Part shown: piece after piece, positions 1 to 6,176 of the stretch
How the letters are laid out: each line of letters begins with the position of its first letter
Numbering within the stretch: position 1 is the first letter of the stretch
Origin: a virus
Strand: one strand, 5' to 3'
Length of the DNA stretch: 37,079 nucleotides
Virus record (IMG/VR): IMGVR_UViG_3300009960_000010
Location: 1-37,079 of that record
Made by a program: the position numbers and the translations under genes
The notes under the pieces: generated by a model
Database searches by the model: none
Seen by the model: only the letters and a program-made list of their open reading frames with translations
Told to the model about the DNA's origin: nothing

Positions 1-127
1 CCTTAGAGCATATTCAAGCTTTGTGTAAAACGATTGAAAACCTGAGTAATGGTATAAAAGCTTTGGGTGATTATTGTGACAGGCTTGACAGGCGCTTAGA
101 GAGCCACGACATGTGAGACTGGAAAAA
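1..127. repeat. Terminal direct repeat, copy 1 (identical to 36953..37079); bases 1..116 are the 3' end of the gene annotated at 36820..37068
   Basis: Read by eye: CCTTAGAGCATATTCAAG...CATGTGAGACTGGAAAAA at 1..127 recurs verbatim as the last 127 bases. An exact end overlap is the signature of a circularly closed assembly, or possibly a short DTR. Confidence 0.95.
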
Positions 128-188
128 TACCCGTCTTTCGCACTAAAACCCCGCAGAGGGCGTTAGAACGCGAAATAGCGGGTATTTT
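124..188 (+). promoter_or_regulatory. Conserved structured intergenic box, copy 1 (long imperfect hairpin around the conserved core 142..178)
   Basis: Outer stem AAAATACCCG (124-133) pairs with CGGGTATTTT (179-188). Inner stem TTTCGC (136-141) pairs with GCGAAA (170-175). The core ACTAAAACCCCGCAGAGGGCGTTAGAACGCGAAATAG matches the 1866..1902 copy at 32 of 37 positions. It lies just after the stop of the last early gene. Confidence 0.6.
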
Positions 189-213
189 CATTGGAAGCAA
201 TACGCGTTATAAT
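185..213 (+). promoter_or_regulatory. Candidate sigma-70-type promoter for the replication block
   Basis: TTTTCA (185-190), 17-nt spacer, TATAAT (208-213), about 120 nt upstream of the first replication gene. The -35 is weak and overlaps the 3' arm of box 1. Confidence 0.35.
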
Positions 214-333
214 CAAAGAGCGTATAAAATAATAAAAAGAATGCACGAAATGAGCTAGTCAGCCGATTTATACGCAAACAAATCATTCTTTTATAGGTTG
301 GCTGGCTTTTTTCGTGGAAGGAGGGTAGGTTTT

Positions 334-741
334 GTGATAACCACCAAAGATATCAAAGAGGGCAAGCGCCCAATTTTTTGCGATGTCAGCCTTGTGGAGG
401 GCTGCGACTTAGTGCCAGCGATTGTGCTATGCGAAATCATTCGCTTCAGAGAGCAACGAATGCGAGACGACGGCTGGACATGGTTCGTATACAAAGAAAT
501 GGCGAGCCGCACATGTCTAACGACTGAACAAATTAGACGAGCGCTTAGAGCTCTAGTAGAAGAAGAGTTCATACAGATGAAGAAAATGCGGATTAAAAGA
601 GACAGACCGTCCGCTCACTCACCTATTGTCTGTAACCACTTTAAGATTGACGATGATAGAGTTAAGTTCTATCTGGACGCACCTACACTCGAAGAAGATG
701 AAGAGATTATGAGACAAATGAGAATGAGGGCTACAAAATGA
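334..741 (+). CDS. Winged-helix DNA-binding protein, paralog of the N-terminal domain of the adjacent initiator
   Basis: Track ORF 298..741 trimmed to GTG 334, 8 nt after AAGGAGGG (318-325). VPAIVLCEIIRFRE..DDGWTWFVYKEMASRTCLTTEQIRRALRALVEEEFI parallels VEAIVLNKLVYLHK..EDGFTWYTAKDWRNHTGLTDRQVKRALNHLVELGYI in the next gene. ATGA overlap at 738-741. Confidence 0.7.
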   Translation: MITTKDIKEGKRPIFCDVSLVEGCDLVPAIVLCEIIRFREQRMRDDGWTWFVYKEMASRTCLTTEQIRRALRALVEEEFIQMKKMRIKRDRPSAHSPIVCNHFKIDDDRVKFYLDAPTLEEDEEIMRQMRMRATK

Positions 742-1526
742 AGTTTTCAGCCAACCAAATAGTAAGCATGGGCGTAAGCGCTGGCTACAATGTCGATTTA
801 GCGCTGGAAATAGGCATTGTTGAAGCAATAGTCTTGAATAAGCTTGTTTATCTGCACAAGGAAACGACTAGAGAAGACGGTTTCACGTGGTATACAGCGA
901 AAGATTGGAGAAACCACACCGGGTTGACTGACAGGCAAGTTAAAAGAGCGCTAAACCACTTAGTCGAGTTGGGCTATATCGAAATGAAGAACACGTACAT
1001 AAAAGGAACTCAAGTAAAATGCAGACACTACAGGCTTTTAGTAGGTAACGAAACGTCAAAATCTGATTCCAACAAAATGTCTGAATCAGAAACCAACAAA
1101 ATGTCTGAATCAGAAACCAACAAAATGTCTGAATCATTAACTAATAATATAGAACATAATATAGAACGTAGTAATATACGCAATTCAGATGAATTGCTGG
1201 CACTTCATCTTTTCATTTGTAATTTATTTCAGAAGAATCCAAACAGGATAGCATTAACCGACAAGCGGAAGCGCCACTTAAGAGCGCGAATAAAACAATT
1301 AGGAAGTGCAGAGCGCTTAAGGCAAGCGTATATCGCGATATCAAAGTCGCCGTTCCACATGGGCGAGAATAAAACAGGCTGGAGAGCCGATAGAGACGTT
1401 TACTGGTTGGCAGAACACCCAGAGAAAGCGGAAGAGTGGGCGAATAGGGCTGAGGACAAAACGCCAGACTTCAATGACGAGAACATCTCATTACAAGACC
1501 TGAGAGAAATGGGGCTGTGGCAATGA
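738..1526 (+). CDS. Replication initiator / replisome-organizer-like protein (N-terminal wHTH, repeat linker, C-terminal conserved phage replication domain)
   Basis: 262 aa. N-terminal wHTH-like segment, then a linker SNKMSESETNKMSESETNKMSES encoded by DNA tandem repeats. The C-terminus (LTDKRKRHLRARIKQLG..AISKSPFHMGENKTGWRADRDVYWL) resembles the conserved C-terminal domain seen in phage replication proteins. Confidence 0.7.
   Translation: MKFSANQIVSMGVSAGYNVDLALEIGIVEAIVLNKLVYLHKETTREDGFTWYTAKDWRNHTGLTDRQVKRALNHLVELGYIEMKNTYIKGTQVKCRHYRLLVGNETSKSDSNKMSESETNKMSESETNKMSESLTNNIEHNIERSNIRNSDELLALHLFICNLFQKNPNRIALTDKRKRHLRARIKQLGSAERLRQAYIAISKSPFHMGENKTGWRADRDVYWLAEHPEKAEEWANRAEDKTPDFNDENISLQDLREMGLWQ
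1071..1136 (+). repeat. Iteron-like tandem repeat inside the initiator gene (putative origin of replication)
   Basis: AACAAAATGTCTGAATCAGAAACC at 1071-1094 and 1095-1118, plus a truncated third copy at 1119-1136. A degenerate copy (AAAATCTGATTCC) lies just upstream. Confidence 0.85.
1144..1167 (+). repeat. AT-rich 12-nt tandem repeat next to the iterons (possible unwinding element)
   Basis: ATAATATAGAAC at 1144-1155 and 1156-1167, followed by the related GTAGTAATATAC. Confidence 0.8.
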
Positions 1527-1813
1527 CAGGCGTTGTGAAGTGGCGCTGGGCGATTAGAAGTTTAAACCCGAGATTAGCAACGGACAAGAAATCAATTGAC
1601 CATATGCAAGCTGGAATAGGCTATTACTTCGTCAAGGAAATCAATCCATACGGCGGTAAACCAGTCTTTGTTGTCGGTTATAAGCACTTCGGAGGTCCTT
1701 TGCAACCTGGCAGCGAGTGGGCAAGTCTGAGCCAGACAAAGGTATTGGACAAATTGGACGCGATACGATACCCACAGCATGGCAATGAGGACGAACCGCA
1801 GAATGCTGCGTAA
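1523..1813 (+). CDS. Hypothetical protein
   Basis: Track ORF 1517..1813. ATG 1523 forms an ATGA overlap with the initiator stop (1524-1526). Confidence 0.7.
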   Translation: MTGVVKWRWAIRSLNPRLATDKKSIDHMQAGIGYYFVKEINPYGGKPVFVVGYKHFGGPLQPGSEWASLSQTKVLDKLDAIRYPQHGNEDEPQNAA

Positions 1814-1846
1814 ACGCTCTGTGTGGTCTTTAACAATTCAAAATGG

Positions 1847-1913
1847 GTAAATACTCAAAAAGCGAACTAAAACGCCTCAGAGGGCGTTAGAAACGGAAAT
1901 AGAGCCTATTTAC
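1847..1913 (+). promoter_or_regulatory. Conserved structured intergenic box, copy 2
   Basis: Core ACTAAAACGCCTCAGAGGGCGTTAGAAACGGAAATAG (1866-1902). Central hairpin AACGCC/GGCGTT (1871-1876 / 1883-1888). The outer stem GTAAATA (1847-1853) / TATTTAC (1907-1913) differs in sequence from copy 1 but still pairs. Confidence 0.6.
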
Positions 1914-1963
1914 GCTCAATCGCACAAAGTATTTGCAGGAATAATGGCAGAATAGACGTATTA

Positions 1964-1993
1964 TTGACAATTTAAGCACGATTGTGTTATACT
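1964..1993 (+). promoter_or_regulatory. Promoter P1 (TAAGCACG-spacer family)
   Basis: TTGACA (1964-1969), 18-nt spacer ATTTAAGCACGATTGTGT, TATACT (1988-1993). The TGT before the -10 gives an extended -10 (TGnTATACT). Upstream of recT. Confidence 0.7.
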
Positions 1994-2028
1994 GGAACTA
2001 CAATATCAAATCACCAGAAAGGAGAAAC

Positions 2029-2679
2029 ATGAGCGAAGACGTAAGCACGCTTGCGAAGTTCGCGCCAAAAGACGCAAGTCCGCAAGCGTGGTTGAAGCTG
2101 ATACAAGAGCAGCTGTTTTCGGGTAAAGGCAAGAATCCGACCATGGAAGAGATGATTTTCTATGCTCAGACTTGCCAAGCTACAGGATTAAACCCTGCCA
2201 GGAGAGAAATCTACGCCATTTACAGGGGTGGAAAACTCACAATCCAGACAGGAATTGATGGAATGCGAGCAGTAGCCGAGCGTTCGGGAAAATACGGAGG
2301 CTCAGAATTGCCAAAGTTCGACTACGAGGCGGGGCTAACGGTTAAAGTCGGGAGTAAAACCAAGAAAGTCCCAAACACTGCCACGGTAACTGTCATAAAA
2401 GTGGTGGACGGGATACCGATTAAGACCTCACGCTCAGCTCAGTGGGAAGACTATTACCCAGGGGACAGTGCTTTAGGAAACATGTATCGCAAGTTCCCAG
2501 AAGTCATGCTAGCGAAATGTGCCGAGGCTCAAGCATTGCGGGCAGCGTTCCCAAATCTTGGCAAAGTCTATGAAGAGGCTGAGATTGTGGAGGACTTCAC
2601 ACCTGCCCAAGCCTCAGATGAGGACAAAGAGCAAGCGAAAAAAGAGGCAATGGAACGCCTCAAGAAGGTGTCAGAATGA
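2029..2679 (+). CDS. recT: RecT/Bet-family single-strand annealing protein
   Basis: Track ORF 1984..2679 trimmed to ATG 2029 after GGAG (2021-2024). Motifs GLNPARREIYAIYRGGKLTIQTGIDGMRAVAERSGKYGG and MLAKCAEAQALRAAFP are typical of RecT/Bet recombinases. Confidence 0.85.
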   Translation: MSEDVSTLAKFAPKDASPQAWLKLIQEQLFSGKGKNPTMEEMIFYAQTCQATGLNPARREIYAIYRGGKLTIQTGIDGMRAVAERSGKYGGSELPKFDYEAGLTVKVGSKTKKVPNTATVTVIKVVDGIPIKTSRSAQWEDYYPGDSALGNMYRKFPEVMLAKCAEAQALRAAFPNLGKVYEEAEIVEDFTPAQASDEDKEQAKKEAMERLKKVSE

Positions 2680-3089
2680 TAATCACAATCGACACAGACG
2701 ATATCGTCATAACAGCCAAAGATGGTGGCAAGTTCGTCTTTGATAAAAACGCTGAGGACAAATTGGCGAAACTGCTTGAAATCAAAGACAAGCTAGATAA
2801 CGTTATCGAGCAAGTCAAGAGTAATCTTGAAACTAACGGCTTGAAACTGAACCCAGACTTCTCTGGGGCAAGGGGAGATAAAATCAAAGTCGAGTATCGA
2901 GCGTTTGGAGCTTTGTATAAACTGGTTGACCCAAAGAAATCTTCACCAGAGTTTTACAAGACGAAAACCACCTACTCACTGAACACCGATTTGGTATCAG
3001 CCTATATTGAAAATCACGACGGCAAGCTCCCAGATGGGATAGAAAAGGTGAAACGCCAAAAGAAAATCAGCATTAGTAAATTGAAGTAG
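2676..3089 (+). CDS. Hypothetical protein (recombination module)
   Basis: 137-aa ORF with an ATGA overlap on the recT stop. Confidence 0.75.
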   Translation: MIITIDTDDIVITAKDGGKFVFDKNAEDKLAKLLEIKDKLDNVIEQVKSNLETNGLKLNPDFSGARGDKIKVEYRAFGALYKLVDPKKSSPEFYKTKTTYSLNTDLVSAYIENHDGKLPDGIEKVKRQKKISISKLK

Positions 3090-3097
3090 GAGGGCAG

Positions 3098-3463
3098 ATG
3101 AAAACTACCGTAAAAAGTGAAATAGAGCAATGCCTAGAAAACAACTTTAGAGGACTTGCAGCTAGAAAATTAGCTGATTATAGTCCTAAAGCAGATGAAC
3201 CAAACGGGGCAGAGGTCTATGAAAGGATTAAGAAATCAGCCCTTGAAGATATTGAACAAGTGGTTGACGACTACACAAGAGACTTGAATGAAGACTTGAT
3301 TGACTTTGCCCTAGAGGTAGTATGGCAGTACGGGTATAAGATTGGCGATGGTGTCTATGCTACGGGTGGAATGTCGGTTATAGAGTCGGCTTTCAGTATC
3401 TTAAGACAAAATAACATGTTAGATAAAGACGGGAACTACAACGTTCACACGGCTAGCGTATGA
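3098..3463 (+). CDS. Hypothetical protein
   Basis: 121-aa ORF preceded by GGAGGG. Confidence 0.75.
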   Translation: MKTTVKSEIEQCLENNFRGLAARKLADYSPKADEPNGAEVYERIKKSALEDIEQVVDDYTRDLNEDLIDFALEVVWQYGYKIGDGVYATGGMSVIESAFSILRQNNMLDKDGNYNVHTASV

Positions 3464-3999
3464 ATATCAAGCTCAGTTACTCACTTATAAGTTGGTGGCT
3501 CGCAGGAGACTACGAGGGTGTCTTCAAAGCCCTAAAAGGAGACTGGGGAGAGACCAGCGAGGCTGCGCGGTACGGAATTGAGAAGCACAAAGAGTGGGAG
3601 GCAGAGGTAAAAGCCACAGGTTGTCTTCCAAAAGTATTCGGTGGAGAGCCGTTGGAAAGATGGGGTACAGAGCTAACCAGAGAACTGGAACTCACAGATT
3701 GGCTGAAGCTAAAAGGTCGGGTTGACCTGTGTCATTTTGTGGACGGATACATGCACCTGGTAGATTTTAAGACTGGAAAAACGCCGCTATCGACTTACGC
3801 AAACGGTATCCAGCATAAGATTTACAAAGTGTTATTCCCAGAGGCACAAGTATTTGACTACATGCAGTTCAATCAGCACAATCAAGAGATTGACTTCCAA
3901 AGAGTTCATCTATCACCAAAGATGTACGAAGAAGCAGTCGATTTAATAATAACGGTAGGCTGTGATATCAGAGCTACCTTAGAAAACATGGGAGAATAG
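3460..3999 (+). CDS. PD-(D/E)XK (RecB/Cas4-like) nuclease, probable exonuclease partner of RecT
   Basis: GRVDL ... LVDFKTGK ... QHKIY matches the D / (D/E)xK / QxxxY motif series of the PD-(D/E)XK superfamily. ATGA overlap with the upstream gene. Confidence 0.75.
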   Translation: MNIKLSYSLISWWLAGDYEGVFKALKGDWGETSEAARYGIEKHKEWEAEVKATGCLPKVFGGEPLERWGTELTRELELTDWLKLKGRVDLCHFVDGYMHLVDFKTGKTPLSTYANGIQHKIYKVLFPEAQVFDYMQFNQHNQEIDFQRVHLSPKMYEEAVDLIITVGCDIRATLENMGE

Positions 4000-4000
4000 A

Positions 4001-4189
4001 ATGGAAACGCCTAGAGAAGCACTAGACGAGCAGCGGGAACGGCGACAGTTCGAGATACTGAAGACGTTTGACGACGAAACTCTAGCAGAGATGAAGAGCG
4101 ACGCCTTAGACAGCTACTCAGAATTAGAAAAACTCATCTTGGCTATATCACGTATCCAAGACGAGCGGGGACAGGAGGTATTGTTTTGA
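4001..4189 (+). CDS. Hypothetical acidic protein
   Basis: 62-aa ORF with GGAGAA upstream, tightly packed between neighbours. Confidence 0.65.
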   Translation: METPREALDEQRERRQFEILKTFDDETLAEMKSDALDSYSELEKLILAISRIQDERGQEVLF

Positions 4190-4788
4190 AACAGTATAAA
4201 CTGCTAAAGAATATGCCCACTGTCAAAGCTGGGACGACCTTTCGGGAAATAACTAGAAAAGTGGACGGCTCAAAAATCCTGAAAGAATATGAATCAAACA
4301 ACGAAGTTTCAATTCTCGTTAGTGAAATCAATGACTTTGACGAATGGTTCGAGGAAGTCAAAGAGCCGACAGACAGTATTCACTGGAAGCCTCAGCCTGG
4401 CGATAGATATTGGTTTGTCGATTATTGGGGAACGGTTATTTGCACAAAATGTAGTAACACTATCGCTGATGCCTATAATTTTGACAGTGGAAATACTTAT
4501 CGCACCGAAGAAGAATGCAAAAAAGCCCGCAACCGCAAACTAGCTGAAGTCAGACTACGCCGAACGTCAACGTTTAAGCCAGATTTTAAGAATGGTAAGG
4601 GTGGTTACTCTGTAGGCTATGACTACATCGCAGAAAGTTTAAGAATATATCCAGCTAGTTGGGTAGACGCAGGCGAGCCTGTACGCTACGAGACTGAGGA
4701 AGACGCTCAAAAGTCTATTGATGAACACGAGAAAGAATGGCTAGCTTATTTTGGAATTAAGAAAGGAGAACAAGAAGAATGTCGGTGA
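4186..4788 (+). CDS. Hypothetical protein
   Basis: 200-aa ORF with a TTG start, 7 nt after AGGAGG (4173-4178). TTGA overlap with the upstream stop. Confidence 0.7.
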   Translation: MKQYKLLKNMPTVKAGTTFREITRKVDGSKILKEYESNNEVSILVSEINDFDEWFEEVKEPTDSIHWKPQPGDRYWFVDYWGTVICTKCSNTIADAYNFDSGNTYRTEEECKKARNRKLAEVRLRRTSTFKPDFKNGKGGYSVGYDYIAESLRIYPASWVDAGEPVRYETEEDAQKSIDEHEKEWLAYFGIKKGEQEECR

Positions 4789-4910
4789 TGACAGTAGTCT
4801 CTTGGATTGGCGCAGTATTGCTTGGAGCTATCGCAATTTTAATATTAGTGGCGGTCGTTGCACTAATAGCAGTTATTATAAAAGCTCTGATAGGGATTTG
4901 TGCGCAATAG
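4779..4910 (+). CDS. Small hydrophobic single-pass membrane protein (43 aa), not in the ORF track
   Basis: Hand translation: MSVMTVVSWIGAVLLGAIAILILVAVVALIAVIIKALIGICAQ*. The ATG overlaps the end of 4186..4788 by 10 nt. Confidence 0.5.
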   Translation: MSVMTVVSWIGAVLLGAIAILILVAVVALIAVIIKALIGICAQ

Positions 4911-4944
4911 GATAAAAATTGATTAAAAAATTAGGAGAAGTCTA

Positions 4945-5421
4945 ATGTCAGCAAATAAATTCAAAGTCGGCGATAAAGTCAAAGTTCGCAAGGGACTTGT
5001 CATGGATGAGCATTATGATGGTGTGCGTTGTGACAGTTCCATGGCGAAAATGGGTGGTAAAGTATTCACGATAAGAAATATACATAAAAACTACTATAAA
5101 GCTACAGAGAACGGATGGAACTGGAGCGACCAGATGCTAGAGCCTGTTGAGAAAACCCTAGACAATCTTTGTGCTGGCGACTTTGTCGGAACAAGCTACA
5201 GCGTAAGAAAGGTTCTAGCGGTAATTGATGGCTGCTATTTATTGAGCGATTTCGAAGATTATAATTCTACATCCGCCTGGTATACAGCTCATGACCTTAA
5301 GAATTTTGGCTATAGTGTTATTGAGTCAACCGCTCCAGAGCCTACTATTGAAATAAATAACAAGAAGTACAACAAAGCTGATGTCGAGAAAGCAATTAAA
5401 AACCTAGAGCCTGTTGAATAG
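4945..5421 (+). CDS. Hypothetical protein
   Basis: 158-aa ORF with AGGAGAAG 6 nt upstream. Confidence 0.75.
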   Translation: MSANKFKVGDKVKVRKGLVMDEHYDGVRCDSSMAKMGGKVFTIRNIHKNYYKATENGWNWSDQMLEPVEKTLDNLCAGDFVGTSYSVRKVLAVIDGCYLLSDFEDYNSTSAWYTAHDLKNFGYSVIESTAPEPTIEINNKKYNKADVEKAIKNLEPVE

Positions 5422-5554
5422 GTAAACACCATTGACCGATGACCTGCCATACGTCAAAAAACTGGGTAAAATTAAACTAATCGGGTACAAATCGTACCCA
5501 GTAGAAAACCATTTCGGACAAGTTTCGAAATTGGTTTAAAAGAAAGGAAGAAGT

Positions 5555-5668
5555 ATGAAAAAATTTAGTAAAGCAGTCGGAGAAATCCTGGCAATGGTAA
5601 TAGCAATATTTGTAACAGCGATGTTTATGGCGTTGATAGTGCGATTTATGGTGTGGGTTTTCTCGTGA
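5555..5668 (+). CDS. Small membrane protein (37 aa), not in the ORF track
   Basis: Hand translation: MKKFSKAVGEILAMVIAIFVTAMFMALIVRFMVWVFS*. Purine-rich AAAGAAAGGAAGAAGT lies before the ATG. Confidence 0.5.
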   Translation: MKKFSKAVGEILAMVIAIFVTAMFMALIVRFMVWVFS

Positions 5669-5730
5669 TTTGTAAGGCAGAGAAAGCAGTATAGTATAAT
5701 CGATGTAGTCTTACTTACAAGGAGGAAGAT

Positions 5731-5910
5731 ATGTTTATAGCAATTGTAATAACGACGATAGCCAGCGGATTGGGGTTAGTCTATCTTTACGCAGGGCTGG
5801 TCGGTGTCCTCACCACCGTCTTTGTTTTGGGACTAATCAGCATAGTCGCAGCAATCACCTATGGCTATTATTTGGAAAAGGACAAAGAAGATGGAGGTCG
5901 TAGACAGTAA
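5731..5910 (+). CDS. Small two-TM membrane protein (59 aa), not in the ORF track
   Basis: Hand translation: MFIAIVITTIASGLGLVYLYAGLVGVLTTVFVLGLISIVAAITYGYYLEKDKEDGGRRQ*. Strong AAGGAGGAAG 4 nt upstream. Confidence 0.6.
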   Translation: MFIAIVITTIASGLGLVYLYAGLVGVLTTVFVLGLISIVAAITYGYYLEKDKEDGGRRQ

Positions 5911-6127
5911 AAATCAGGAAAGAAAGCAAAGAGGCTGGAACTTTAAGAGAGGAGCTAAAAATGCAATCGATACTGAGACACTTCGTGAGAGAGGTAGAAA
6001 AGGGGGCAAAGCCTGTGGCAGAAAAACTGGCTTTCATGACCCGAGCGTACTTAAAAGAGCGGTTGAAAAGTCAATACAGACGCGCCGCGCAAAGATTGAG
6101 AAACGCAAGGATAGAGAGGTATCTTGA
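5891..6127 (+). CDS. Basic protein with a KGG/GsiB-like motif (mutually exclusive with 5961..6158)
   Basis: Frame of track ORF 5861..6127, internal ATG 5891. LRERGRKGGKACGRKTGF resembles the GRKGG stress-repeat motif and the 35266..35511 protein (GRLGGMASTTGGF). The RBS is weak. Confidence 0.4.
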   Translation: MEVVDSKNQERKQRGWNFKRGAKNAIDTETLRERGRKGGKACGRKTGFHDPSVLKRAVEKSIQTRRAKIEKRKDREVS

Positions 6128-6158
6128 AAATTACAAACTAGACTTCATTGAAACCTGA
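5961..6158 (+). CDS. Hypothetical helical protein (alternative frame, mutually exclusive with 5891..6127)
   Basis: 65-aa ORF with a good GAGGAG, 6 nt before the ATG. No recognisable motif. Confidence 0.4.
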   Translation: MQSILRHFVREVEKGAKPVAEKLAFMTRAYLKERLKSQYRRAAQRLRNARIERYLENYKLDFIET

Positions 6159-6176
6159 AACTAAACTAAGAACGTA

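Noticed and set aside
124-188. Hairpin boxes considered as tRNA or tmRNA-like genes
   Set aside because: There is no cloverleaf and no T-loop GTTCRANYC or D-loop consensus. The length and single long helix do not fit a tRNA.
298-333. TTG-initiated N-terminal extension of the first replication gene; similar 5' extensions in the track at 1984..2028, 7194..7295, 9451..9513, 12043..12093, 31637..31693, 35435..35497 and 36053..36061
   Set aside because: The extensions overlap upstream genes or promoters and lack an RBS. Internal starts have AGGAGG-type sites at proper spacing or ATGA/TAATG coupling.
1071-1136. Tandem 24-nt repeats considered as a mini CRISPR array
   Set aside because: The units are directly abutting with no spacers and lie in frame inside a coding gene. 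There are no cas genes. Iterons or a linker repeat are the better explanation.
2519-2743. Alternative-frame + strand ORFs (2519..2743, 4289..4543, 17745..17930, 25970..26206, 28448..28630)
   Set aside because: Each is fully nested in a longer, motif-supported ORF in another frame. They have no RBS and arginine/serine-rich translations typical of off-frame reading.
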